The notes: a model not told the origin generated them from the letters alone. 64,000 bases of DNA from an uncultured Methanosarcinales archaeon (GCA_964344235.1 CAYFMJ010000002.1:32001-96000), one strand, 5' to 3'; positions 35,059-46,014 are shown, numbered from the stretch's first letter. Numbers and translations are program-made.

Positions 35059-36267
35059 GTGGCATTTTTAGAGATTTTAGTGGCTATGGTGCTTGGCGTG
35101 CATTCCGGGATCATTACGGGGTTAGTGCCGGGAATTCATGTTAATCTTATTTCGGTGTTAATGCTATCTTTCTCTTCAGTGCTATTGGGTTTTGTTGAAC
35201 CAGCAGTCTTAGGGGTGTTTATTATTAGTTTAGCGATAACCCATTCGTTTTTGGATTCACTTCCTGGAATTTATCTTGGAGCCCCGGATGCGGGAACAGA
35301 ATTGAATGTTCTTCCGGGGCATCGCTTATTACAGCAAGGACTTGGTCATAATGCGGTTGTGTATACTGTTCTTGGTTCTTTGGGCAGTTTAGTGGTTTGT
35401 GTTCTACTTCTCCCTGTTTTTATCGCGAGTATGGCAGTTATCTTTCCAGTGGTACGTGGGATGATCGGGTATATTCTCATTGCCATTATGGTGTTTATGA
35501 TTGTAAAAGATAGGGGGAAATGGTTACGGAGCTTGGTAGTCTTTCTGTTTGCAGGCGTTCTGGGATTGGTTGTATTTAATATTCCTCAACTGTCGCAGCC
35601 ACTCTTTCCCCTATTATCCGGTTTGTTCGGATTTTCAATTCTCTTAGTAAGCCTGTTTGAATCTTCAGTTATCCCAAAACAAGATTTCTCAAAGCCGTTA
35701 GCAATTTCAAAGAAAAATGTTGGGAAGACTGTGTCGGCAGCTTCAAGCATGGGTTTTATTGCTGCGTTTCTCCCAGGATTTGGGAGTAGCCAAGCGGCGA
35801 TAATGGCAACTATGGTCGTGGGGGACGTTGGAGATGAGGGTTTCTTAACATTAGTTGGGGGGATCAATACAGCCAACATGCTTATTTCAATAGGGACGGC
35901 GTATGTGTTAGATAAAGCCAGGAATGGAGCAATTGTTGCAGTAAAAGAGTTGATTGGGAGTGTTCAGTTACAAGAATTATTGTTGTTTGTATTTGTTGCG
36001 TTGATTGTTGGAGGGGTTGCAACAGTTCTTGCAGTAAGGATTTCGAAAATATTTGCTAAAGTTGTTGTTAAAGTAAAATATTCCTCTATTGTGTTTGTGA
36101 TTATTGGGTTTATTATATTACTTACAGCGTATTTTGATGGGCTTGTTGGTTTGTTAGTTTTAATAACGGCAACAGCAGTTGGTTTACTTGCATCTGCATG
36201 GACTGTGGGAAAAAACCATTTGATGGGCTGTTTAATTCTGCCAGTTATATTATATTTTGTCTTGTGA
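35059..36267 (+). CDS. TctA-like tripartite tricarboxylate transporter permease (archaeal type)
   Basis: GIITGLVPGIHVN, HSFLDSLPGIYLGAP, VLPGHRL, FLPGFGSSQAA; about 10 TM helices. Confidence 0.88.
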   Translation: MAFLEILVAMVLGVHSGIITGLVPGIHVNLISVLMLSFSSVLLGFVEPAVLGVFIISLAITHSFLDSLPGIYLGAPDAGTELNVLPGHRLLQQGLGHNAVVYTVLGSLGSLVVCVLLLPVFIASMAVIFPVVRGMIGYILIAIMVFMIVKDRGKWLRSLVVFLFAGVLGLVVFNIPQLSQPLFPLLSGLFGFSILLVSLFESSVIPKQDFSKPLAISKKNVGKTVSAASSMGFIAAFLPGFGSSQAAIMATMVVGDVGDEGFLTLVGGINTANMLISIGTAYVLDKARNGAIVAVKELIGSVQLQELLLFVFVALIVGGVATVLAVRISKIFAKVVVKVKYSSIVFVIIGFIILLTAYFDGLVGLLVLITATAVGLLASAWTVGKNHLMGCLILPVILYFVL

Positions 36268-36414
36268 ATCTTTTGGTAAACCCGGTATATATCCGGTTAG
36301 TTCTGTTTTACTATTTTCAAGTGGAGCTAAATTTTTATAAGGGGTATGACTATAATTCTAGAACAAAGTTCGCATTTCATTTGCTGATGAAAGTTTTGGA
36401 ATAATAAAAAGGAG

Positions 36415-38469
36415 TTGGTGACGGTGAGGAAAAATTCATATTTGATTGTTTTTGTGATTTTATTAGTGGCAGTTTTTGCATATTTGGTGGTTGCATTGGC
36501 AGTAGATACTGGAACAAGTAACGTAGCTCTTATTTCACCTGCTACTTATAATAACCTCAGTGGAAATCATCTATTGAATGTGACCGCTCCACATATCTCC
36601 GCGGGTGATGGTAATATTACTAACGCTACACTTTTCTTCTGGAACTTCTCAAATTCCTCGGACCCTTTTGTTTATAACGTAACGATTTATCCTAATGATG
36701 CAAGTGATAACCTTTCGCTTAATCTTACGCTTAACACATCAACTTTCTTACCCGATGGTGTTTACAATGTTTCGATAAATGCTACGAACGCTTCTGATGA
36801 TGCAGTTTTGGAGAACAGTTCAGTTTTTACAGTTGTTGAGTTCTTTGTGGTTGATAATACTCCTCCGCATGTATTATCAGTAACTGATGGGTTTGAAGAT
36901 CGCAAGAATTTTACCTCTACAGCCGGGTTAGATGTTATCCCTTTTAATGTTACGGTAGAAAATGCATCTGCTGTCGATGATGACAATGTTTCAGGGATTC
37001 ATGTTGTTCAGTTTAATGTATCAAATGGAACGGGTATCTGGTTGAACTTTACAGCTAATGCCGAGAATGGTACAAGTTTTAACTATACTATAAATCTCAC
37101 TACCCTTGGGTTAGTAGATGGGAACCATACGATGGTTGTTTATGCTAATGATACTGCAGGGAATACTAACTGGACCCAGAATATAACTTACTTAATTGAT
37201 AGGGAAGCTCCAGGAAATGTTTCTTTAGTATCTCCAGATAATGCTGCTACAGTCGAAACAACCCCAACTCTTAGGTGGGAGGTTAATGATTCAGTTGCTA
37301 CTACTTTACTCTGTGAAATTATCATAGACGATAATGTTAATGTCACTGGTTTGGCGGCAGTTAATGGAACAAGAGTGGAGTATAACATTACCAGCGCTTT
37401 AGCAGATGGGGCACATAACTGGAGTGTGAGTTGTAATGATACGGTGGAGTTAAATAATGTCTCTTTGAGTCGTAACTTTACGGCGGATGGTGCTGCACCT
37501 TCTATCTCTGAATCTGGGTCTTCAGGAATAACGTCAAGTGGTGCTACTATTTCGGTTACTACAAATGAGGCAGCAACATGTAAGTTTGATACGTCCTCTT
37601 CAGCTTCCTATGACAACATGGCTAATGGAATGGACGGTGCTGAAAGTACAACTCACTCTAAAGGAATTGGGGGTTTGTCTTCAAGCACGAAATACACTTA
37701 CTATGTTAAGTGTCTTGATGCGTACAATAACGCTATGACTACGGGGACTTCAATCAGTTTCACAACTTCTTCTAGTGGAAGTAGTGGTGGTTCTGGTGGA
37801 GGAAGTAGTTCTGGTAGTGCTGGTCAGTTTGAGAAAAAGACCTGGACTTCTGTCTTTGCTGGTGAAACTGCTACTGTTGAGGTTGACAATGGGGCAATTG
37901 GAGTTACGGAAGTAAGTTTCTCCGTGGATGAAGATGCTTACGGACTCTGGGTTAAAATTGATAAAGAGGAGAGTTTCCCAAGCACTGTCCCCGCGTTTAG
38001 TGGCGAGGTCTATAGGAAACTAGAGATTACTAAGAATTCAGGAACAAAAGTTGATTTACAGGATATCGTTGTTGAGTTTAAAGTGGCTGAAGAATGGTTG
38101 AGTAGTAAGGGTTTCGGTAATGGTGATGTCGCTTTATTCCGCCATGTTGACGGAGAGTGGGTTGAACTCGAAACAGAACAGACGGGGGAGAAAGATGGTT
38201 ACGTGCATTACGCTTCGTCAACTCCAGGATTTAGTTACTTTGTGATTGGGGAAAAGACTGGTGCTAGTGAAGCTGGCTTGGTTGATGGCGGCTTTACTGA
38301 AGACTCTCCTGCTGTTGAGAGTGGTGAATCTGAAAGTGCAGACGTTGAGTCAGATGACGAATCCCTTGCAGCTGATAGCGCTGGGGGGGTTCCTACCTGG
38401 CTTTGGGTAGTTCTTGTCGTTGTGATCCTTGCAGGGGTTGCTTTTTGGTTCACTAGCAAAAAGAAGTAA
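36415..38469 (+). CDS. Surface glycoprotein with Ig/FN3-like domains and a PGF-pre-PGF domain
   Basis: Signal peptide, many N-x-S/T sequons, Gly/Ser linker, TPGFSYFVIG, C-terminal TM plus KKK. Confidence 0.88.
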   Translation: MVTVRKNSYLIVFVILLVAVFAYLVVALAVDTGTSNVALISPATYNNLSGNHLLNVTAPHISAGDGNITNATLFFWNFSNSSDPFVYNVTIYPNDASDNLSLNLTLNTSTFLPDGVYNVSINATNASDDAVLENSSVFTVVEFFVVDNTPPHVLSVTDGFEDRKNFTSTAGLDVIPFNVTVENASAVDDDNVSGIHVVQFNVSNGTGIWLNFTANAENGTSFNYTINLTTLGLVDGNHTMVVYANDTAGNTNWTQNITYLIDREAPGNVSLVSPDNAATVETTPTLRWEVNDSVATTLLCEIIIDDNVNVTGLAAVNGTRVEYNITSALADGAHNWSVSCNDTVELNNVSLSRNFTADGAAPSISESGSSGITSSGATISVTTNEAATCKFDTSSSASYDNMANGMDGAESTTHSKGIGGLSSSTKYTYYVKCLDAYNNAMTTGTSISFTTSSSGSSGGSGGGSSSGSAGQFEKKTWTSVFAGETATVEVDNGAIGVTEVSFSVDEDAYGLWVKIDKEESFPSTVPAFSGEVYRKLEITKNSGTKVDLQDIVVEFKVAEEWLSSKGFGNGDVALFRHVDGEWVELETEQTGEKDGYVHYASSTPGFSYFVIGEKTGASEAGLVDGGFTEDSPAVESGESESADVESDDESLAADSAGGVPTWLWVVLVVVILAGVAFWFTSKKK
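37853..38243 (+). repeat. 391-bp exact direct repeat, copy 1
   Basis: Base-by-base comparison with 41443-41833 (offset 3,590) showed no differences. Confidence 0.9.
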
Positions 38470-38552
38470 TCTTCTTTCTTTTTGTTTTTTATGAAATCGG
38501 AATATTTATAAATGAAGAAAATGTTCTACTTTTTGAAAAAGAGGTGGGTTGA

Positions 38553-41500
38553 TTGAAAAAGGTATTAATATTAGTGTTTCTCTTGGCGGTTCTGGCTGCT
38601 TTTGCTATGCTTGTTGGTGCGGCGGAGATTGGAACGTGTCAAACCATTTCAAGTTCAGGTGTGTATACTCTTAATACAAGTATTAATTATACCAGTGGCA
38701 ATTGTTTTAATGTTACGACAAGTCATGTTCTGTTGGAAGGAGGGAACTCAACTGTTATTAGTGGCGGTGGAACCGGTACGGGGATTAATGTAACGGGAGC
38801 AACTAACATTACTATTAGAAATTTTGCTGGCTTGAATAATTGGACTGAGGCAGTTAATTTTACAGATGTTAATGATTCATTTATTTTTAACGTTACTATC
38901 GACTCCGATAATGCTAGTGCAGCAACTGGTTTTTTTCTTGTTGACAGTTTTAATAATCTGATAAACTACAGCACTGTTTGGGCTAGTAATAATTCGGTTG
39001 TTCTGTTAAGAGCAAATAGCACAAATCTTACACATAATTTCTTTAACACAACTCTTTTTGATGGGGTAGTGGTTGGTTTAACTGATACCTCTCTTACTTT
39101 AATTTATAATAATACGGTAGACGCAGCTAATGGCACTAGCTCCAGTGGGATTGGAATTGTAAATGGGGGATTTAACAACGTCACCCTTAACAATGTCACA
39201 ACAAGAGGAACGCAGAGTTCGGGAGTTGCTTTGCAGACTTCTACAGACAATGTCGTTGATTCAAATACAGTTATTACTGATGGAGACACTCTGGGAGCAA
39301 TTTACCTCCTTACGGGTGCTTCTCGGAATAATATCTCTTCAAATACCATATTAACTGCAAGCGAATCGACGTTTGCTGTTTGGTTGGTTGGTGCTTCAGA
39401 TTTCAACCGGATTGAAGGTAACAATATTGATGCTGCAGACGCGGGATTCAAAGTAGATAACGCGTTGCATTCGGTTATTCAGAACAATGTAATGAATACT
39501 AGTAAAACGACGGCAGGGGCAAACGCAGTTGACATTGATGAGTCAAATAGTACAACCCTTTATGGGAACTCTATGTACGTTTCAGACAATGTCACTGACA
39601 CTTCAAATGGTGTTTTAGTGAGAGTTAGTTCTGGAGGGAACAATATCTCCTCTAATTTAATCATGCTTTGGGGCACAGAGGGAACTGGTATTATAGTTAC
39701 TAGTGCTAGCAATAATACGGTTGAATTGAATAATGTCACAACATTTGGTAATGATTCAAATGTGTTATCAGTTACCTCCTCTGCAAGCAATAATTACTTC
39801 TTTTCAAACATCCTCAATACTTCGGGGAATGATACGTATGCTATATACATCGCCGCGTCGGATAATAATTTTACTGGTAACACTGTTGAAGCAAGTGGAA
39901 ATAACAGTTGGGGGATCACATTGGATTCTGGCTCTTCGCCAAGTTTGTTGCTCAACAATGTTGTTGACACAGTAAATGATACCGGTCATGGCATCTACTT
40001 TAATTCGAATACTAATAATGTTACAAACAACACAGTGAAAACTACCGGTCAAGGATCTCACGGTATGTATCTTTCTCACTATAACACTATTGTGAGTAAC
40101 ACTGTAAAAACTACTGGTGGGGCCTCACCGTATCCGATAGTTTCTTCTGGAGGAGATGGGAATATTATTGAAAGGAACACAGCCGTTGCTGAACAGACAA
40201 GAGGTATCTACTTAACAGGCGGTGCGAATGATAACAATATTTCATACAATTTTGTAGATACAAACACTAGTGCGGCTTTAACTGCTGAAGCGTCTCACAA
40301 TAACACATTTATTTCGAACCATGCTAACTCTGGTGATGATTATGGTTTGCAGATATCTTCTTCTGCGGGGAATAATACTTTCTTGAATAATAATCTTAGT
40401 GGGTCTTATGGGCTTTTTGACGGAGTGGATGATAATAACACATTACTTTATAACAACACGTATGGTTATATGAACTGGTCGAAGTCTAATCTTACCGCTC
40501 GACTTAACCTTTCAATTGGAACTACAATTATCTTGCAGCAGAATTTGGTTGGTTTAGAATCCCATACGGAGGACAATGAAAGTATAAATGCAAGTGCAGC
40601 TATTGAAATCCGCAATTTAACGTATTCCGGTTTACCGATCCTTCTTAGGGATGGCGTTCGATGTGATAATGAAACGAACCGTCTGCAGTGTAATATTACG
40701 TATGATTCGTCTACTGGAGTTTTAGACGCGAATGTAACAAGTTTCAGTAATTACAGTACGCAAGAAGTTTCAGTATTGGTGAGTTTCAATACGCCTCCTG
40801 CTGATGAGGCTTTAAGTGACCTTAATACCTCTATTGTTATTAATGTGACTGTGGCGAATGAAACTGGTGTGGCTGATATTGATGCTGTGTTGTTCCAATT
40901 ATCAAATGGCAGCTCTGCTGATTTTAACATCACTGCTTCGAACACTAATGGTACGGAGTGGAATGCAACATTGACGCTTGCGTCTTTAGAGGACGGATCC
41001 CATAATATTACTGTCTTTGCAAATGATACAAGAGGTAATATTAATCGAACGGAAATTCGGACGATCTCCTATGATTCTGCTGCTCCGACAATAAGTGCTA
41101 TAAGTGCCTCAGAAGTAACCTCCAGCTCTGCCAAGATTTCAGTTACTAGCAGTGAAGCAGCCACCTGCAAACTAGATACTGAAGATGTTGGTTATGGAAA
41201 TATGGGAACCGAGATGACTGGTTCAGGTACGGCCACACACACTAAGTCTGTTTCCAGTCTTAGTTCTAGTACCACTTACGTTTATTATGTGAGGTGCCAG
41301 GATATCTATAATCACGCTGCAACTTCCTCTTCCTCAGTTTCATTTACCACTGCCTCATCAGGTGGAGGGGGATCTGGTGGTTCCAGCGGAGGAAGTAGTT
41401 CTGGCAGTGCAGGTGAGTTTGAAAAGAAGACCTGGACTTCTATCTTTGCTGGTGAAACTGCTACTGTTGAGGTTGACAATGGGGCAATTGGAGTTACGGA

Positions 41501-42059
41501 AGTAAGTTTCTCCGTGGATGAAGATGCTTACGGACTCTGGGTTAAAATTGATAAAGAGGAGAGTTTCCCAAGCACTGTCCCCGCGTTTAGTGGCGAGGTC
41601 TATAGGAAACTAGAGATTACTAAGAATTCAGGAACAAAAGTTGATTTACAGGATATCGTTGTTGAGTTTAAAGTGGCTGAAGAATGGTTGAGTAGTAAGG
41701 GTTTCGGTAATGGTGATGTCGCTTTATTCCGCCATGTTGACGGAGAGTGGGTTGAACTCGAAACAGAACAGACGGGGGAGAAAGATGGTTACGTGCATTA
41801 CGCTTCGTCAACTCCAGGATTTAGTTACTTTGTCATTGGTGAGAAAACGAGTGCAGCAGTTGCTGATACCCCCGAAACTAGTGATAGTGCTGCGGAGCAA
41901 CCTGACAAGGATTCTGAGGAGGTAGAAGGTGTCCAGGAAGGCTTGGCTGATGCTTTGGCTTCAACAAGTGGCGGAGCTCCTAATTGGGTATGGATAGTTG
42001 TTGCAGTTATTGTTGTAGCAGGTATCATAATCTGGTTCTTTAATAACCGGAAGAAGTAA
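38553..42059 (+). CDS. Large surface glycoprotein: parallel beta-helix (NosD/CASH-like) repeats plus PGF-pre-PGF domain
   Basis: Signal peptide, repeated GI.L..S.NN.I..N.I motifs, FN3-like domain, TPGFSYFVIG, C-terminal TM plus RKK. Confidence 0.9.
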   Translation: MKKVLILVFLLAVLAAFAMLVGAAEIGTCQTISSSGVYTLNTSINYTSGNCFNVTTSHVLLEGGNSTVISGGGTGTGINVTGATNITIRNFAGLNNWTEAVNFTDVNDSFIFNVTIDSDNASAATGFFLVDSFNNLINYSTVWASNNSVVLLRANSTNLTHNFFNTTLFDGVVVGLTDTSLTLIYNNTVDAANGTSSSGIGIVNGGFNNVTLNNVTTRGTQSSGVALQTSTDNVVDSNTVITDGDTLGAIYLLTGASRNNISSNTILTASESTFAVWLVGASDFNRIEGNNIDAADAGFKVDNALHSVIQNNVMNTSKTTAGANAVDIDESNSTTLYGNSMYVSDNVTDTSNGVLVRVSSGGNNISSNLIMLWGTEGTGIIVTSASNNTVELNNVTTFGNDSNVLSVTSSASNNYFFSNILNTSGNDTYAIYIAASDNNFTGNTVEASGNNSWGITLDSGSSPSLLLNNVVDTVNDTGHGIYFNSNTNNVTNNTVKTTGQGSHGMYLSHYNTIVSNTVKTTGGASPYPIVSSGGDGNIIERNTAVAEQTRGIYLTGGANDNNISYNFVDTNTSAALTAEASHNNTFISNHANSGDDYGLQISSSAGNNTFLNNNLSGSYGLFDGVDDNNTLLYNNTYGYMNWSKSNLTARLNLSIGTTIILQQNLVGLESHTEDNESINASAAIEIRNLTYSGLPILLRDGVRCDNETNRLQCNITYDSSTGVLDANVTSFSNYSTQEVSVLVSFNTPPADEALSDLNTSIVINVTVANETGVADIDAVLFQLSNGSSADFNITASNTNGTEWNATLTLASLEDGSHNITVFANDTRGNINRTEIRTISYDSAAPTISAISASEVTSSSAKISVTSSEAATCKLDTEDVGYGNMGTEMTGSGTATHTKSVSSLSSSTTYVYYVRCQDIYNHAATSSSSVSFTTASSGGGGSGGSSGGSSSGSAGEFEKKTWTSIFAGETATVEVDNGAIGVTEVSFSVDEDAYGLWVKIDKEESFPSTVPAFSGEVYRKLEITKNSGTKVDLQDIVVEFKVAEEWLSSKGFGNGDVALFRHVDGEWVELETEQTGEKDGYVHYASSTPGFSYFVIGEKTSAAVADTPETSDSAAEQPDKDSEEVEGVQEGLADALASTSGGAPNWVWIVVAVIVVAGIIIWFFNNRKK
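41443..41833 (+). repeat. 391-bp exact direct repeat, copy 2
   Basis: Identical to 37853-38243. Confidence 0.9.
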
Positions 42060-42091
42060 ATTAAACTCAATTTATTATTCTTTTAATTTCT

Positions 42092-43630
42092 TTAAAATTT
42101 TTGAATGCTTAGCTGACCAGTGCGTTTTGTTGGCTTGATCCGTTTTACTTCTTCACCAACTTGTTTCTTGAGGTTTATGGCGACTGCTTTCCCAACGATT
42201 TGGGTGAGGCTGGTTATATCTGTCTTCTTTATGTCACCGACGTTTTTGATGTTTTGTGTGAATAGTTTTCTAGCTCGTACGCGGCCAATGCCTTTAAACT
42301 TTAATAGGGCAAGAAGTTCTTCCCTAACGCCGTGCTTGACTCGTGTTCGTAGTTTATGGAGTTCTCTGGTTAATTCGTTTTTGTTCATTATTTTGGAAAG
42401 TTCTTCACATGCATATAACAGCCAGTCAGCGTTTTCTATTTTGTATCGAATCTCTCCTGGCCGGATGTTGAATTTCTCAAGTAGAAAGTCCTCATTTTTC
42501 TCGCTGATCCATGCTTCGAAGAACAGGGTGGTTTTAATAGAATTGATGAAATCAGGATAGTCAATATCAAACGAGGATGGTTCTTCCATGAGGAGGAGAT
42601 CGTATTGTTTTGTGAGTTCTTCTTCAATGTATTCTTGTTCCTTTGCTTTCGTTCTGAGAAGAGGACGCATCTCTAGCGTGTAGGAAATCATCTGTAGGAG
42701 TGAGAAAGAAGTGTGGTTTTGGTTGAAATTTTGTAAGCATTGCAGAAGATGGTTTGCGGTAAGCGGATCGAGGTAGAGCTCAGAGATTCTTTTTCCCAAC
42801 GGTGTGGCACGCATGGTTTTTTGTGTTTCTTTTGGTTTATGAATTTCTGTTGCGGGCGTAAAGTCATCTTCTGTGCTTTTGCCGTGAATGGTGATGAATT
42901 CCCATTCATCTAAGAAAGAAAGCATCTTTTGCATAATGGATTCGAGTTTGTCCATGTCTTTGAACTGATGTGCCCAAAAGGTTTTGGCAAAAAATTCTTT
43001 CATTGATGTTTCATTACGAATAATACCTGAAGAAATGAGCGAGAGAAGATATGTTCTTAACACTGGTTCTACAGCGAGTTTTGAGTAAATGTCTTCTGGG
43101 TCTCCACAGATGTAGCGTTCGTGGATTTCATCTCGCTCAGCGTCACTTTTCGCAACGACAATTGATTCGCCAAACGCTTCATACTCCGGCCGGCCAGCTC
43201 TCCCTGCCATTTGAAGATATTCTAATACCGGAATCCAATCCATACCCCATCTGCCAGAGTAGCGTTTAAGTGATTTGATAATAACACGGAACACTGGTAG
43301 TGAGAGGCCAGCTGCCAATGTTGGTGTGGCACAGATGATTTTGACATGTCCTGTTTTGAATTGTTCTTCAATGAGCTCTTTTTGTTTTTGTAATAATCCT
43401 GCATGGTGAAAAGCGATACCTTTACGAATTGAGTGCGAGAGACGACGGCATTGTTTTGTTGGAGTAGAGGCTGCTTTAAGAATTTCTTGCTCAAGTTCTG
43501 GGAGCTGCATGGTGGTGAGTTTTGCAATTTCTTCGGCTGTTTTTTCAGCACTAGCTCTGCTCGGAGTGAAGATGATCGCTTGTTTGCTTTTCTCAATTGT
43601 TTGTACAGCAAGCTTGAGAATGGGGTCCAT
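42092..43630 (-). CDS. Hel308/Ski2-like helicase lacking the N-terminal DEAD/RecA1 domain
   Basis: QAIIFTPSR, GIAFHHAGL, ATPTLAAG, QMAGRAGRP, GIGRVRARKL; no Walker A or DExH in or upstream of the ORF. Confidence 0.88.
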   Translation of the reverse strand: MDPILKLAVQTIEKSKQAIIFTPSRASAEKTAEEIAKLTTMQLPELEQEILKAASTPTKQCRRLSHSIRKGIAFHHAGLLQKQKELIEEQFKTGHVKIICATPTLAAGLSLPVFRVIIKSLKRYSGRWGMDWIPVLEYLQMAGRAGRPEYEAFGESIVVAKSDAERDEIHERYICGDPEDIYSKLAVEPVLRTYLLSLISSGIIRNETSMKEFFAKTFWAHQFKDMDKLESIMQKMLSFLDEWEFITIHGKSTEDDFTPATEIHKPKETQKTMRATPLGKRISELYLDPLTANHLLQCLQNFNQNHTSFSLLQMISYTLEMRPLLRTKAKEQEYIEEELTKQYDLLLMEEPSSFDIDYPDFINSIKTTLFFEAWISEKNEDFLLEKFNIRPGEIRYKIENADWLLYACEELSKIMNKNELTRELHKLRTRVKHGVREELLALLKFKGIGRVRARKLFTQNIKNVGDIKKTDITSLTQIVGKAVAINLKKQVGEEVKRIKPTKRTGQLSIQKF

Positions 43631-43689
43631 GGTAGTTCGGAGAATGAAGGTTTTATTAAAGTTTGGATAGAAAATTTTGGTAGTATGGA

Positions 43690-46014
43690 TTAGCGCGTAA
43701 TCACATAGATATTGAACATATCATTCTCTATTTGTGGGGCCGGAGGAATGTATTCTTCTGGTGTTACTGTAACGTGCCATTCTTTAACGATTGTATCTCT
43801 GCCATCGCTGACTGAGAGGCGAACTTTCTTCTTACCGGGTGTTGTAAATGTTCGTTCAACAGTGTCTGTGCCTTTTACCCTTCCTTCACGCGCACTGAAA
43901 GTCCACGTGTATTTGAGTGGATCGTTGTCGGGGTCTTTAGCAGTTGCATGGAAGATTGTTGGCTCATTTTGCTTTACCGTAATTTCTGTTTGGGGTAAAT
44001 AATCGAGGATTGTTGGCGGCTGGTTAGTATTTTTAATCGTGACTTTTACAGGATAATTTACTGTTGTTGTTCCATCAGAGGCAACGAAACTTAACCAGAC
44101 AACCGCTTTCTCTTTACTTAGTTTTCTGTTGAGATAGGATGAAGAACTAATGAAATTGTGCCAGGCGCTATCTGTTTTTCCAATAGCGCTATTGAATTGA
44201 GGTACCCATGTAAATGTGCCATCAACAAATGAAGCACCGGGTGGGATGTTCTCTAAGACAATGTTGAGGTTATCGTTATCTGGGTCGGTTGCAGTTACGT
44301 CTATTGAAAATTCTTGCCCTTCATTTACTGTGATTGTATCGTCTTTTATTTTTATTGAGGGCTCTCTATTTTTTTGGTGGACTGTTAATGTTATTGTTGA
44401 GCTGTCTGAAAATTCTCCATCAGACGCTGTTACATTTACCTGATACACTCCTGCAGCCTCGTAGTGAGTTTCCCACTTGCCTGTTTTCTTGTGTACTGGA
44501 TCTGAGAATGTATAACGGATGAAATCACCATCGGGATCCACTGCAGTTGGTTGGATGGATACGGTTTCTGTTTCCGTTACGTTGATTGGGGATGTTGATT
44601 GCAGAATTGGTGGGCGATTAGTGTTGTGAACAATAACATTTACGGTGCCAACGGAGCATAATGATTTATCGCACACTTCAACGTGAAGTGGTACGGTTTT
44701 CTTTTTCAGTAAGAATTTTTCTAACCCAAATGCGCTGAGGAATGTTGTAAAAGCGTTGTCTTTTCGTTGAATTGTAGTGTAATCGGGTTTCCAAGTAAAT
44801 GTTTTCTTTTTTTGGTTCAATTTTGCGTTAAGTGGCGTGTTGGTGATAGAAATTTCAATGTCTTCTTCGTCTGGGTCGTAGGTTTCGATTATCCAGGAAA
44901 GTTCTTCGTTTTCATATGCACTAAGTAAGGATGGTAAAATTAATGTTGGGGCTCTGTTCACGTTAAGTACAGTGATTGGAATAGTGATGGTGTCTGTAAA
45001 CTCTCCATCAGATGCAGTTACTATGACCGTGTACTCGCCTGCATCTTCGTAGTTGGTCTGCCATTCACCATCTTCGTTTAGCAGGTCTTTGTATGTATAG
45101 GTTAGCGCGTCTCCATCAATGTCAGTTGCTGGAAGATTAAGTGTAACTTTCTCATTTTCGTGTACAATAATTGGAACATGGGAGACTTCTGGTTTGCGGT
45201 TTTCATTTTCAATTGTGATTACCCATTCTCTAGTCTCAGTATTTATGCCATCACCTACGACAAGTTTCAATGTGTACTCCCCGGCACTACTGTGGTCAAA
45301 GTAATGAGCGCCACTTAGTTTTGTTGTTATTTCTTTTTCGTTTAATAACCAAGAATATGTAATTGGGTCGTCGTCGTTGTCCTGTGCTTGTACTGAAAAT
45401 TCAACCGTGCTATCTTCAACGAAGGATAATGCTGTTTTAGTAGAGAACATTTGGGTTATCGTTGGGGGTTGATTTTTATCAAGAACTTTTATTTCAACCT
45501 GAAACCTCTCATTGAACTCGCCGTCGTTTGCATGAAATACAACTGTTTGTGAACCGGCGTCATTGTATCCTGGTTGCCATTCCCCCTCTTTATTAAACGG
45601 CGGTGTGAAAGAATAAATAAGGGCGTCATCATCAGGATCTTGTACTAATTCTTTAAGATTGATTGTTTCTTTTTCTTGTGCAGAGAGTTTGTTTTTGACT
45701 AAAAATGGTGGCTGGTTGGTATTCTTTACAATGATTGTGACGTCTTCTGTTGTCTCTGATGTGCTGTCAGAGGCAGTAATGGTTACGTCATACGTTCCAG
45801 CGTCATCATAGTCTGTTTGCCATTCGCCCTCAGCGTCGAGGGGTGGTGTGTATGTGAATGTAATCTTGTCGTTGTCCACATCCACAGCTTCCGGCTTGAT
45901 CTTGACAAAGTCACCTTCAGAAACTTCAAATGTTCTTGTGGCAGCAAATACTGTTTGAACAATAATGAGGATAGAAATGAGTGCGAGAATAATGGTTATG
46001 GTCTTTCTATTCAT
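43690..46014 (-). CDS. Secreted protein with about 8 Ig/cadherin/PKD-like repeats
   Basis: Signal peptide; repeated DPD.D..TY and W.T.Y.DAG.Y.V..TASDG...N.N..P motifs. Confidence 0.88.
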   Translation of the reverse strand: MNRKTITIILALISILIIVQTVFAATRTFEVSEGDFVKIKPEAVDVDNDKITFTYTPPLDAEGEWQTDYDDAGTYDVTITASDSTSETTEDVTIIVKNTNQPPFLVKNKLSAQEKETINLKELVQDPDDDALIYSFTPPFNKEGEWQPGYNDAGSQTVVFHANDGEFNERFQVEIKVLDKNQPPTITQMFSTKTALSFVEDSTVEFSVQAQDNDDDPITYSWLLNEKEITTKLSGAHYFDHSSAGEYTLKLVVGDGINTETREWVITIENENRKPEVSHVPIIVHENEKVTLNLPATDIDGDALTYTYKDLLNEDGEWQTNYEDAGEYTVIVTASDGEFTDTITIPITVLNVNRAPTLILPSLLSAYENEELSWIIETYDPDEEDIEISITNTPLNAKLNQKKKTFTWKPDYTTIQRKDNAFTTFLSAFGLEKFLLKKKTVPLHVEVCDKSLCSVGTVNVIVHNTNRPPILQSTSPINVTETETVSIQPTAVDPDGDFIRYTFSDPVHKKTGKWETHYEAAGVYQVNVTASDGEFSDSSTITLTVHQKNREPSIKIKDDTITVNEGQEFSIDVTATDPDNDNLNIVLENIPPGASFVDGTFTWVPQFNSAIGKTDSAWHNFISSSSYLNRKLSKEKAVVWLSFVASDGTTTVNYPVKVTIKNTNQPPTILDYLPQTEITVKQNEPTIFHATAKDPDNDPLKYTWTFSAREGRVKGTDTVERTFTTPGKKKVRLSVSDGRDTIVKEWHVTVTPEEYIPPAPQIENDMFNIYVITR

